This document shows positions 16,130 to 24,151 of a stretch of DNA of 31,048 nt, piece after piece. Made by a program: the position numbers and the translations under genes. Within the stretch, counting starts at the first letter, position 1. Each line of letters starts with the position of its first letter. This stretch comes from a virus (Duplodnaviria; Caudoviricetes): the IMG/VR virus record IMGVR_UViG_3300043443_000278, positions 1 to 31,048 of that record. One strand, written 5' to 3'. Under the pieces are notes generated by a model that was not told the origin of the DNA, ran no database searches, and saw nothing but the letters and a program-made list of their open reading frames with translations.

Positions 16130-16801
16130 TTACTTCTCCTTAAACTTGTTGATATAGGATATCAATTCTTCGCGGTGAGTCATCGGGTCTTCCTTCATAA
16201 CCTGAGGAAAGTTGCCAAAGTCTCCACCAATAATAATTACGGTTTGCTCAATCTTAAGACCTGTCCGCTCTTCAAACATCTGAGCATAAGCGGAAGTCTG
16301 CATAAAGTAATTAGCAATATCAGCCTTCTTCTTAAGACGCCTAGAAGTCTTGAAGTCAATGACAGAAAGTTTCCCGTCAAATTCTGCAATACAGTCTACC
16401 TGTCCAGCCAACCCAAGTTCATGAGAAAACAAAAAAGTTTCTAGACAATGTATGTTATTTATTTTATCTAGTGCGCTCTTCATAGCAACAAAGACAGACT
16501 TCGCATTCGGCATCGTGTCTTCATCATATACAGGAAGGTTGTTAAGATAGTTCTCAACCAACTTGTGCACTGAGGTTCCGCGAGTGGTGGCTTGCTTAGA
16601 AACACGATTGGCTTCTTTCTCGCCGACTCGCTTGCGCCACTGCATGATGCTTTCTTTACCGTAATCGGCAAGAACGGTAGTGACGGAAGGATACTTCTTT
16701 CCATCAGGTGTAACGTAGAACCGACCGCCCTCTGATTGCTCTCGAAGCAGAGTCGGGAAATCGTGCGCTACATGCTTAAACTTAACTTCTATATCTAACA
16801 C
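16130..16801 (-). CDS. PD-(D/E)XK exonuclease (exonuclease A / Cas4-like fold)
   Basis: YPSVTTVL...WRKRVG...RGTSVH...AGQVDCIAEFDGKLSVIDFKTS...YFMQ..AYA; commonly next to phoH in T4-like phages. Confidence 0.88.
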   Translation of the reverse strand: MLDIEVKFKHVAHDFPTLLREQSEGGRFYVTPDGKKYPSVTTVLADYGKESIMQWRKRVGEKEANRVSKQATTRGTSVHKLVENYLNNLPVYDEDTMPNAKSVFVAMKSALDKINNIHCLETFLFSHELGLAGQVDCIAEFDGKLSVIDFKTSRRLKKKADIANYFMQTSAYAQMFEERTGLKIEQTVIIIGGDFGNFPQVMKEDPMTHREELISYINKFKEK

Positions 16802-16832
16802 TTAGTATTACTCTTTCAAACTACACATAGTT

Positions 16833-16861
16833 ATTATACCACCATTCGCTCAAATAGTCAA
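16833..16861 (-). promoter_or_regulatory. Sigma70-type promoter
   Basis: TTGACT-N17-TATAAT with an extended -10 TG, upstream of the exonuclease. Confidence 0.8.
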
Positions 16862-17610
16862 GTATTATTTGCCGCTTCGTACTTCTCAACAGCAATCAAG
16901 AAGTCTTTCACGAGGCTGCTTCGAACAATGTCATCAGTACTAAACTCAACATTTGTGAAAGAATTCATTGTCTTCGCAACATTGTGAAACTTTTGTAGAC
17001 CAGACATATCGCCTTTCTTTCTATAGAGGTCAGATTGCTTGTAATCACCACAAAAGATAATCTTCGAGCGATTACCGACACGGGTGATGATGGTGCTCAA
17101 TTCTTCCCAGTTCATGTTTTGGCATTCGTCTACGATTACAATAGAATCGTCAAACGTACAACCGCGAATGAAACTGGTAGATACAAATTCTATTTTACCG
17201 GATTCTTTTAATGCTTCGTATGCGTCACGACGGTTGAACAGCGTATGATAGATTTGCATATAAGGTTGCTCATACAGGCTCATCTTATCTTCTAGAGAGC
17301 CAGGAGTAAAACCCACGTCACGAGACTGAACAGCAGAGCGTACAATAACAACCCGCTTAAAAGAACTAGTCTTGTCGTATACTTCTTGTATGGCTTTGTA
17401 GCACGCAATAAAAGATTTGCCAGTACCTGCTGAACCAGTAAGCATAATGAAATAGTCACCACGGGCATAAGCATCGAAAAATTTACCTTGATTTTCTGTT
17501 AGGGGTTCAAATGTTTTTAATTCGGATGGTTTGAGTCTAGATATCTTCTTTTCTTCTACTTCTTCGGTTATTGATATGGTATGAGTATTTGCTTGTTTTT
17601 TTCTAGACAT
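16858..17610 (-). CDS. phoH: PhoH-family ATPase
   Basis: PLTENQ, Walker A GSAGTGKS, VRSAV, FIRGCTFD, VDECQN, CGDYKQSDL, DIVRSSLVK. Confidence 0.95.
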   Translation of the reverse strand: MSRKKQANTHTISITEEVEEKKISRLKPSELKTFEPLTENQGKFFDAYARGDYFIMLTGSAGTGKSFIACYKAIQEVYDKTSSFKRVVIVRSAVQSRDVGFTPGSLEDKMSLYEQPYMQIYHTLFNRRDAYEALKESGKIEFVSTSFIRGCTFDDSIVIVDECQNMNWEELSTIITRVGNRSKIIFCGDYKQSDLYRKKGDMSGLQKFHNVAKTMNSFTNVEFSTDDIVRSSLVKDFLIAVEKYEAANNT

Positions 17611-17616
17611 GAAGCC

Positions 17617-17940
17617 TCACGGAGTTTGTTGTTGCCTCTTGCGGTGTTTCTCTACTATTTCGCGACTCTTCTTACGCTTAATAGACTCACCGTTGCCGTA
17701 TCGATCGGCAAGAGTACTTGTTGGATGATTCTGACCTATCTTAGAAAGTACCTCCTTCCATGTGTTATCGGTTTTCTTGCCGTCCACGTCGCCAGCACCA
17801 CTATAACTGAATCCAGGAGCTGATTCATGATATGTTTCTAGATTCTTATTCTTCTTAAGAAAACTTTCACGCTGCGAAATGGACATCCATTCTTCAGTAA
17901 TCTCGCCAGTCAGTTTATTACGAAAATTATATATTGGCAT
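17617..17940 (-). CDS. Conserved T4-like phage protein upstream of phoH
   Basis: MPIYNFRNKLTGE...WKEVLSKI pattern recognised from phoH-adjacent genes. Confidence 0.75.
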   Translation of the reverse strand: MPIYNFRNKLTGEITEEWMSISQRESFLKKNKNLETYHESAPGFSYSGAGDVDGKKTDNTWKEVLSKIGQNHPTSTLADRYGNGESIKRKKSREIVEKHRKRQQQTP

Positions 17941-17941
17941 A

Positions 17942-18541
17942 TCACACCTTTGTCAGTTCACCGTGGTTGGCTTTATACGCAGTAAATTTGATGCTTGGAT
18001 ACTCTTTAGATAGGCTCTTAAACATCGACAAATTACTATCCGCGTCATCAAACAGCGTAGCAAATTTGTATCCACCAGTATCTAGGTACTTCTTAATCGT
18101 TACTCTCTTGCCTTCTGCTGTAGGCAGATTGAGTTTGCCGGAACGCTCTACATAAACGTTCTTCATGTTAAGACCGTATTTTTCAAACGTCTTAAGAAAT
18201 AGATTCTTATCGTCAAAGTCTCCGCGAGCAGTGACGATAATCATTTTAGACCCAGGATTGTTCAATGTAGCCTTCAGTAATCTAGCAGCCACGCGCATTG
18301 CGGGCATGATTGGCTTAGAAGTGTCGTGGAAGATATCTGAACGACGAAATTCTGCAAAGTCGGGCTGCTCACCCTTCTTAAACTTATAGGTATTGAATTC
18401 GGTGTTTGAAAGACTCTTTACTCTCTTGCCGCCCTTGACAACGTGGATACGGGCATTCGTCTGGAATAGAGTTTCGTCTATGTCCCAGATAAAAAGATGA
18501 GGAGCAGATTGCTCAGCAATAAAAGTCTTGAATGTATCCAT
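17942..18541 (-). CDS. HAD-superfamily hydrolase with capsid-targeting-like N-terminus
   Basis: WDIDETL (motif I), IVTAR (II), K, and FDDADSNL (IV). Start placed at ATG 18541, downstream of the late promoter. Confidence 0.8.
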   Translation of the reverse strand: MDTFKTFIAEQSAPHLFIWDIDETLFQTNARIHVVKGGKRVKSLSNTEFNTYKFKKGEQPDFAEFRRSDIFHDTSKPIMPAMRVAARLLKATLNNPGSKMIIVTARGDFDDKNLFLKTFEKYGLNMKNVYVERSGKLNLPTAEGKRVTIKKYLDTGGYKFATLFDDADSNLSMFKSLSKEYPSIKFTAYKANHGELTKV

Positions 18542-18546
18542 CACCA

Positions 18547-18554
18547 TATTTATA
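18547..18554 (-). promoter_or_regulatory. T4 late promoter TATAAATA
   Basis: Perfect consensus, 5 nt upstream of ATG 18541 and immediately after a terminator. Confidence 0.85.
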
Positions 18555-18579
18555 TAAAAAAGGCTGCTCACGCAGCCTT
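18555..18579 (-). terminator. Intrinsic terminator
   Basis: AAGGCTGC-GTGA-GCAGCCTT stem with a GNRA loop containing the upstream stop codon, then a T run. Confidence 0.85.
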
Positions 18580-19122
18580 CAGAATCTTCTCGTCCCACCA
18601 GAACGGTGTAGGTCGCACAGACCACTTAGCAAAACTCGCCTTATGAATCTTGTAATAATTGCGGTACGCTATGACGCTCGAAAAAACATCTTTGCAATCG
18701 TCAGGCATGCACTGTGGTGGCTCTTCAAACGGAGCATTAGATAGATTGTGGGGAATCCACCAAAGCGGCTTCAGCAACTCTTCGCACTTGTGAATCTTGC
18801 CATACCTGAACGTGTATTCATTTAGAAGACAGTTGAACAAATCATGGAGCCAACTGTAATGCTGGCGGGAAGTCCGTACCCAAACAGCAGATGGGTGATT
18901 GACATGACTTGCGGAATAGTAGACAGAATCAAACTCATTATCGAGCCTCCAACGCTTGACATTGCGACCTGTAGCACTCTTACCTTGAACCGGGACCCCG
19001 TCAAGCACACGATGAGCCGTAGAGAGCAACTGAGCACTCTCTAGAATCATCTTGACAACATGCTTGTCACAGTGGTACTGCGCAGCCTGTTCTGGGTCAC
19101 GGTCAAGGTAAAAGATATTCAT
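18568..19122 (-). CDS. Pyrimidine-dimer DNA glycosylase / endonuclease V family protein
   Basis: MNIFYLD..P..AA..HCDKHVVKMILESAQLLST...HVNHPSAVWVR...EYTFRYGKIH. Confidence 0.85.
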   Translation of the reverse strand: MNIFYLDRDPEQAAQYHCDKHVVKMILESAQLLSTAHRVLDGVPVQGKSATGRNVKRWRLDNEFDSVYYSASHVNHPSAVWVRTSRQHYSWLHDLFNCLLNEYTFRYGKIHKCEELLKPLWWIPHNLSNAPFEEPPQCMPDDCKDVFSSVIAYRNYYKIHKASFAKWSVRPTPFWWDEKILKAA

Positions 19123-19469
19123 TAAGCGAAAACCTTCTCGAGATTAGCAGAACTCATACCCTGCAGACAGAGGATACGATAACCCTTGCCGTGCTGCAGC
19201 ATGCTGAAACGCATACCAAACTTCTTGGTGGCATACGCTACAGAATTGCGTGCACGCTTCTTGCTGCGTGCCGGGACAGAGATGCTCCAGCCAGGCTGCA
19301 ACTCGGAAAGACGGGCAGTCAACTTGCTGCGCTGCCGACCCGGACGAACATTCGTCTGTTCCTGTTCGACAACCGGAGCAGTGCCGGCAACCTTAGCAAG
19401 TTCCGAACGAACGATGCTGACGATAACGTTGCGAATTTCTTCGCGGACAATCTGTTCAATCATATTCAT
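19122..19469 (-). CDS. Hypothetical basic protein, possibly DNA-binding
   Basis: 115 aa with an AGGA RBS; basic C-terminal half (LSELQPGWSISVP...KRARNSVAY). Confidence 0.65.
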   Translation of the reverse strand: MNMIEQIVREEIRNVIVSIVRSELAKVAGTAPVVEQEQTNVRPGRQRSKLTARLSELQPGWSISVPARSKKRARNSVAYATKKFGMRFSMLQHGKGYRILCLQGMSSANLEKVFA

Positions 19470-19484
19470 GATGATATTCCTCTA

Positions 19485-19931
19485 TTAGAGTCCCAACTGA
19501 GCCTTGAGGTCATCCAACTCGCGGTCGGTGACTTCGCTGATATCCAGATCGCGATCGAGCGTCGGGATGTCGAACGCATCTGCCTTCGGAGTGCGCTTGA
19601 CCACCGTGGCAGTCTTAGCAACCTTGGCAACCTTGGCAGGCTTGCTCGCCGTCTTCTTGGCGACAGGCGTTGCCGTCTTGCTGCCCTTCGCGGTCTGCGT
19701 CGGACGGAGGCTGAGTGCCTTCGTCGGGTTGGTCAGAACCCAACCGTGCACGATGCGACCCGTGCGACGCTGCTCGAACTCGCAACGGTTCCGCTGCTTG
19801 AGATCGCAAACATACGGAGCAACAGAGATCTCACTGATACCCATGAGGGAAGCAATCTCTTCCTTCGACAGATAATTACCCTTGGCGGACTTGAAAGCCT
19901 CCACCAGCAGCTGTGTCTTATACATCGACAT
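19485..19931 (-). CDS. Putative winged-HTH DNA-binding protein with K/A-rich linker and acidic tail
   Basis: LSKEEIASLMGISEISVAPYVCDL HTH-like segment, histone-like AKKTASKPAKVAKVAK, acidic C-terminus; GAGG RBS. Confidence 0.65.
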   Translation of the reverse strand: MSMYKTQLLVEAFKSAKGNYLSKEEIASLMGISEISVAPYVCDLKQRNRCEFEQRRTGRIVHGWVLTNPTKALSLRPTQTAKGSKTATPVAKKTASKPAKVAKVAKTATVVKRTPKADAFDIPTLDRDLDISEVTDRELDDLKAQLGL

Positions 19932-19980
19932 TTTCTACCTCACTTACAAATTACATTACAAATTACAAACTACACAATAT

Positions 19981-20039
19981 ATCGTAGCGCATTCGCGCTA
20001 GAAGGCAAGTGTAAAAATTCTTTAGAATTCAAACACTTA
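19981..20039 (-). promoter_or_regulatory. Early promoter with IHF-like box (copy 1)
   Basis: ATTCAAACACTTA box (20027-20039), TTGCCT-N16-TACGAT. Confidence 0.7.
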
Positions 20040-20051
20040 CTGATTCTTAGA

Positions 20052-20540
20052 TTAGAACGGAATATCGTCGTCATAGTTGGAGCGAATCTGCGCCTTCAGC
20101 AGATCGCCGATGCTGGTAGAATCTGGGTTCGTTCGCTTTATTGACCAACCTTCACGGAGGTCCTTCTGAGTTTCCAGGGCAAGCCACTCAGGAATCCAAG
20201 ACTTGTGCTTGACATAGCCTTGACGCGCCAAGTCCTCAGTCAAAAACTTGGCTTCCTTCAGCCCCAAGTTGAACTCCTCGCGGAAATACTTGACCGCACG
20301 AACCTTGTCACCCGCACCGAGAGACCGCAGAAACTCCAGTTGTCTGTGGGTGATGTTGATATTACCGAAACCAGTCAGGACGACCTCAGCAGCCGTGACG
20401 TCGCCGATGACTGCCTGAGCGAACACATCGGGATGCGTTTCCGCGATCTTGAGAGCCACCTCAGCCAGACCAGCGTCGGTCAGGTCACGAGCGATGCTCA
20501 GGACGTTCTTGCCGTTGTACATGAAATTCAACTTGTTCAT
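20052..20540 (-). CDS. Protein with ribosomal bL12 (L7/L12) C-terminal-like domain and DDDIPF tail
   Basis: GDKVRAVKYFREEFNLGLKEAKFLTE resembles bL12 KVAVIKAVR...GLGLKEAKDLVE; ends YDDDIPF. Start at ATG 20540 (AAGGA RBS). Confidence 0.75.
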   Translation of the reverse strand: MNKLNFMYNGKNVLSIARDLTDAGLAEVALKIAETHPDVFAQAVIGDVTAAEVVLTGFGNINITHRQLEFLRSLGAGDKVRAVKYFREEFNLGLKEAKFLTEDLARQGYVKHKSWIPEWLALETQKDLREGWSIKRTNPDSTSIGDLLKAQIRSNYDDDIPF

Positions 20541-20556
20541 AATTTTCCTTAAATTG

Positions 20557-20919
20557 TTAGGCGACTTCTTTGAAGCCAAAGAAGTCAACACGATACTTCT
20601 TGCCGTCCTTGACCAGGATGTCGCCCATCATGGTGGAGCGCAGACCGTACTCGCGACCGTCCACAACGTGGAGCGGAGCCTTGACCCACACCTCCGGATG
20701 GAAGTCCTCGTTCTCGACCAGACGATCGTTCTCGTCGAACACGAGGCGGGTCTTCGACCACGAACCATTGATGTTCTGCGTCATGCGGTACGCTTCCTCG
20801 AGGCTGTCGGTCAGCACTTCGGCGACCAGTTCCTGAGGATTGTTCAGAGTGGCAGCGCCGTGCACCAGAACGGTAAACTCGTCTTCGGCAGTCCAGGTGC
20901 GGTGGTAAACTTGAATCAT
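20557..20919 (-). CDS. Hypothetical early protein (YodL-like motif)
   Basis: LEEAYRMTQN...RSTMMGDILV...YRVDFFGFKE resembles the RS.S.GD motif family; AAGGA RBS. Confidence 0.6.
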   Translation of the reverse strand: MIQVYHRTWTAEDEFTVLVHGAATLNNPQELVAEVLTDSLEEAYRMTQNINGSWSKTRLVFDENDRLVENEDFHPEVWVKAPLHVVDGREYGLRSTMMGDILVKDGKKYRVDFFGFKEVA

Positions 20920-20948
20920 CTTTTTTCCTTAACCTTCACTATAACTAA

Positions 20949-21007
20949 AGTATACATGAATCTGTGTAGAACACAATAGGAAAAAAGTCAATAGAATCAA
21001 TGATGTA
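20949..21007 (-). promoter_or_regulatory. Early promoter with IHF-like box (copy 2)
   Basis: AATCAATGATGTA box (20995-21007), TTGTGT-N16-TATACT. Confidence 0.75.
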
Positions 21008-21078
21008 GAAAACTCTCTAAAACGTCCTAGAATGCCCTCTCTCGCACGTGGGTTTCGGCTGGGGCGAGGGTATTCGAA

Positions 21079-21309
21079 TCAGGGTTTCTTGTAAAGGTGG
21101 TCGTAGAGTTCCTGATATCCTCCGATGAGGACACCGTCGAGAGAAATCTGGGGCAGAGTTCGGACGCCGGGGATGGCTTCCATCAGTTCCTCTTTGCTAG
21201 AATTCGTCGCAATATTCTTTTCAATGTAGGGAATACTTTCACGGGTCAAAAGATCTTTTGCGCGGTCGCACCAAACGCATCCCGGCTTGCTCCAAATTGT
21301 CGCTACCAT
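21079..21309 (-). CDS. Glutaredoxin
   Basis: WSKPGCVWC...RTLPQI...IGGY. Confidence 0.92.
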   Translation of the reverse strand: MVATIWSKPGCVWCDRAKDLLTRESIPYIEKNIATNSSKEELMEAIPGVRTLPQISLDGVLIGGYQELYDHLYKKP

Positions 21310-21566
21310 TAGTCGTCCCTCTTGTTAGTCATAAACTGCTCAACCTTGACTAACTTCTTGTCAGCGTAGTCAAGAATCCTATCTTGGTCTAAACCAACTT
21401 CTTCGTCAACTAACTTCATCATTGCTAGGATATCACCAATTTCTCTTTCTAAGGCATCGCGCTTAGTACCATCAACACCAAAGCGAATAACCTTAGATGC
21501 GGCTTGGATTGCCTCACCGCATTCTTCCATAAAGATGGTTAAGACTTCTTCTTTACGGTTCATCAT
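21309..21566 (-). CDS. MazG-like NTP pyrophosphohydrolase domain protein
   Basis: EECGEAIQAASK..RFG...LEREIGD. Confidence 0.7.
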   Translation of the reverse strand: MMNRKEEVLTIFMEECGEAIQAASKVIRFGVDGTKRDALEREIGDILAMMKLVDEEVGLDQDRILDYADKKLVKVEQFMTNKRDD

Positions 21567-21798
21567 TAGTTTCTTCTAGTCCCGGCAACCCTTGAGTAAG
21601 ATCTGGAACAGTTTCAAAGACTAGGGCAAGAGCACGGTCCGGGCAACGCAACTTGAATAGGTGCATAACGTTATGAGCAAACATTTCAAAATCTTCGTCT
21701 GACATTAGACGAATTCCGTTGCCGTCGAAATTCTCTGTACCAATCAACGGAAACTTATCCGAGTCGGCTTCATCAACAATATAAAATGCATTCTTCAT
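21553..21798 (-). CDS. Hypothetical protein
   Basis: 81-aa ORF with a GAGGTG RBS in a packed operon. Confidence 0.65.
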   Translation of the reverse strand: MKNAFYIVDEADSDKFPLIGTENFDGNGIRLMSDEDFEMFAHNVMHLFKLRCPDRALALVFETVPDLTQGLPGLEETNDEP

Positions 21799-21806
21799 AT
21801 TACACC

Positions 21807-22007
21807 TCAGACAAACAAATCAAAATCAGGAATACGACGATAATGCCAAGTACCAGTTGGCATATACTTTCTACGCTGTATCTTTTCAAGCCACACTAGC
21901 GTTGGCTTCTCAGTATTAAAAAGAAAAACAGGATGCCAAGCAAACCAGTTCTTCCACTGAGCAAGTCGCTCGCACTTCTCATTATATGATTCAAATTCAA
22001 ACTGCAT
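21807..22007 (-). CDS. Hypothetical Trp-rich protein
   Basis: Start MQFEFES at 22007 with an AGGAG RBS; W..WFAWHPV...VWLE motif common in phages. Confidence 0.7.
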   Translation of the reverse strand: MQFEFESYNEKCERLAQWKNWFAWHPVFLFNTEKPTLVWLEKIQRRKYMPTGTWHYRRIPDFDLFV

Positions 22008-22125
22008 TGGGCTTCTCCTGCGCTTGCTTCTTCTTAGCCTTGGGCTTGAAGATAGCATCCCAGTTATCGTCAAACTGCTTTTGTGGCACGCTTATGGGGC
22101 GTGGCTTACTACCCTTTCCAGCCAT
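21997..22125 (-). CDS. Small conserved phage protein (GKGSKPRP...FDDNWDAIF)
   Basis: Not in the ORF track. MAGKGSKPRPISVPQKQFDDNWDAIFKPKAKKKQAQEKPNAV*; GGAG RBS. Confidence 0.75.
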   Translation of the reverse strand: MAGKGSKPRPISVPQKQFDDNWDAIFKPKAKKKQAQEKPNAV

Positions 22126-22154
22126 AGTATACTCCAATAGTTCTCAATAGTCAA
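22126..22154 (-). promoter_or_regulatory. Sigma70-type promoter
   Basis: TTGACT-N17-TATACT. Confidence 0.6.
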
Positions 22155-22717
22155 TTTTGCAATAGTCGGCTGTGCTTAGGAACACGGCTGATTAGAAAGT
22201 CCATCTGGTCAGCAAGAATGTTGCGATTCTGTAGAATCATGCGCTCAAATACATTGACGGCATAAGGCACATATAGCAGATGCATACGGGCTTCTTCAGG
22301 TGTCTTATTGCCCTTCCGTAGATTGCAAGGTTTGCAAGCAGATACAGTATTCGTCCAAGTATTCTTACCGCCACGAGACTTTGGGTGAACGTGGTCAATA
22401 GTCAGTTCGCGCCAGTTGAAGTGGTCACCGCAGTATGCGCAGATATGGCGGTCACGGGCATACAGCACCATGCGCTCTGCGTACATAGTTTCGCGGTCAT
22501 AAAACTTGGAACCAAGAATAGGACCAGACACGCCAATGATAGATGAAACAGTCAAAGTAGACTGCTCACCTGTTTTGTTTACGCCACCATAGAAAGTCTT
22601 GATAGGATTACCAATCTCCCATAGCACCTTATCATTGACGTAATAGTTTACGGCTGACTCATGGTTCACCCAATCTTTTGGAGTACCCTGCTTGTCAGCA
22701 ACAAGAACATAAGACAT
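22151..22717 (-). CDS. HNH endonuclease
   Basis: RDRHICAYCG...LTIDHVHPKSRGGKNTWTNTVSACKPCNLRKGNKTPEEA. Confidence 0.92.
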   Translation of the reverse strand: MSYVLVADKQGTPKDWVNHESAVNYYVNDKVLWEIGNPIKTFYGGVNKTGEQSTLTVSSIIGVSGPILGSKFYDRETMYAERMVLYARDRHICAYCGDHFNWRELTIDHVHPKSRGGKNTWTNTVSACKPCNLRKGNKTPEEARMHLLYVPYAVNVFERMILQNRNILADQMDFLISRVPKHSRLLQN

Positions 22718-22719
22718 GA

Positions 22720-23028
22720 TTAGTCCCAACCTTCGTTACGCATCACTTCTTCAAACTCATAAGTTGCATCAGCAATCTTCTGCCCAAACTTAGCAAGTGC
22801 CCAAAACAACTTTGCGTCTACGGAAAAATCGAATGGACGGTCGCCAACAAATCGCAGATTCCAACTCTCCTTGTCGGCATTCCACAAGCAAAGAGTGAAG
22901 CACCATTCCTTGGTTGGCTCTTTAGCATCTTGACGCCACTGAACAATCTCAGGATACTGCTTGCCAGCACCTGTAGCAGTCCAACGCAATTCTAAATTCG
23001 AAACTCGCTTGATACTAGAAACAGTCAT
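22720..23028 (-). CDS. Hypothetical protein
   Basis: 102-aa ORF with a GAGGTG RBS. Confidence 0.7.
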   Translation of the reverse strand: MTVSSIKRVSNLELRWTATGAGKQYPEIVQWRQDAKEPTKEWCFTLCLWNADKESWNLRFVGDRPFDFSVDAKLFWALAKFGQKIADATYEFEEVMRNEGWD

Positions 23029-23059
23029 AAGTCACCTCAATCAATAATCATCTATTTAG

Positions 23060-23245
23060 TTAGAACCAGTTACTGGTGCGAGCAAATGGTTCTCCCCTTA
23101 CGCTGCTAATGCCCTTGTACTGACTATTGGCGCAGAAGAAAGTCATGACATCATGCCCTTCAGGATTTTCTTCGATGTTAAGAAACTCAACAGCCTTGGT
23201 GTTATGCGATTGTTGACAACCGTAGCAATACACTTCAGTTTCCAT
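23060..23245 (-). CDS. Small Cys-containing hypothetical protein
   Basis: CYGC...VEFLNIEE...DVMTFFC; GAGG RBS. Confidence 0.65.
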   Translation of the reverse strand: METEVYCYGCQQSHNTKAVEFLNIEENPEGHDVMTFFCANSQYKGISSVRGEPFARTSNWF

Positions 23246-23651
23246 TTTCTACCTCAAAAATATAGTGTCCGCCACGCTGCGACTGAAACCACGTTGACCC
23301 CCAAAGTATTTCATTCTTTTCCATTGCTCGGATGATGCCTTCATTACCTGACCAGCCAGCAGTAGAAATATTATGCTCCGTCACGAATTTGTCTTCTCTA
23401 AACCGATGCGGTTCGACCTTGCTTTCCCAGCCCCAATCGGCATAATACCACTGTTGTTCAATAAACTCAAACCAGCCAGTGGGGTCTTCCCAATGCCACT
23501 CTCGAATAAGTTGAAGACAAGCAGGAGTTGGATAACCATCCTCATCACGCAGGTCGCAGTACTCAAGCGTGAACTCTTTGAGTAATTCAAACTGCTGCTT
23601 CTTCATTGCGCAACTGGCTCGCGCCATTTCTAGAAACTTATCGCGGTTCAT
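23235..23651 (-). CDS. Conserved hypothetical phage protein
   Basis: Start MNRDKF at 23651; DEDGYPT...STAGWSGNE.II..M...W...RGGHYIF motif. Confidence 0.7.
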   Translation of the reverse strand: MNRDKFLEMARASCAMKKQQFELLKEFTLEYCDLRDEDGYPTPACLQLIREWHWEDPTGWFEFIEQQWYYADWGWESKVEPHRFREDKFVTEHNISTAGWSGNEGIIRAMEKNEILWGSTWFQSQRGGHYIFEVENGN

Positions 23652-23814
23652 TTGCCTTCTCCATCTTAGCATTCCACATCTTACAACGTCCGACTGCCTT
23701 AGCCGCTGGCTGACTAAATTGGCAGCACCAATCATTATGCTTTTTAGCGTATGGTGAATTCTTTGGATGCCCTGCGTTCCAGTGCGCTCGACAATTCTTA
23801 CAATGCGGGTTCAT
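23638..23814 (-). CDS. 58-aa Cys/His-rich protein
   Basis: Not in the ORF track. MNPHCKNCRAHWNAGH...NDWCCQF...GRCKMW; fills the operon gap. Confidence 0.55.
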   Translation of the reverse strand: MNPHCKNCRAHWNAGHPKNSPYAKKHNDWCCQFSQPAAKAVGRCKMWNAKMEKANEPR

Positions 23815-23816
23815 TT

Positions 23817-23903
23817 TTAATTTCTCGCACGGATGGCTTCAACGCACCAAATCCCTGTCATGATGCCAGCCACAAACGCCAGCAAAATCACAACCATGTT
23901 CAT
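23817..23903 (-). CDS. 28-aa hydrophobic peptide ending AIRARN
   Basis: MNMVVILLAFVAGIMTGIWCVEAIRARN*; ATGA overlap with the upstream gene; GGAG RBS. Confidence 0.5.
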   Translation of the reverse strand: MNMVVILLAFVAGIMTGIWCVEAIRARN

Positions 23904-24151
23904 TTGTCTCCCCTCCCCCTCGCACGAATAGCGTCGGCGCAATCGTGACACGCGCTGCTGTACGAACCCCATGTTTCTGGATAGTTATCGCAAACTTCTG
24001 CACACGCATTCCGCTCCGCAGCGGCGACGATGGCGGCGAAGCGTCGCAGTTCTTTGTTGATGTGAACTCCATCAACGCTCACAGCCCAAATGTCAAAGTT
24101 CACTTCAAACCCAGCCTCCCGCGCCATGCGGATGATGTCATCGCCGTTCAT
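23900..24151 (-). CDS. Hypothetical protein, 'DDIIRMAREAG...AAAER.AC...AIRARG' family
   Basis: Start at ATG 24151; paralogous motifs shared with its neighbours. Confidence 0.75.
   Translation of the reverse strand: MNGDDIIRMAREAGFEVNFDIWAVSVDGVHINKELRRFAAIVAAAERNACAEVCDNYPETWGSYSSACHDCADAIRARGRGDK

Noticed and set aside
16130-16801. Cas4-like nuclease suggesting a CRISPR system
   Set aside because: No repeat-spacer array or other cas genes were seen. This exonuclease is routine next to phoH in T4-like phages.
18568-18585. C-terminal ...ILKAA of the denV-like protein as an ssrA-like degron
   Set aside because: The codons form the terminator stem, and a single short match is insufficient evidence.
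19191-20144. 317-aa plus-strand ORF and other long antisense ORFs in the early region
   Set aside because: They shadow well-supported minus-strand genes that have RBSs and promoters; GC-rich codon bias suppresses antisense stops; no recognisable motifs.
22151-22717. HNH gene as an intron-encoded homing endonuclease
   Set aside because: It is free-standing, with no split host gene or recognisable group I intron core in the flanks.
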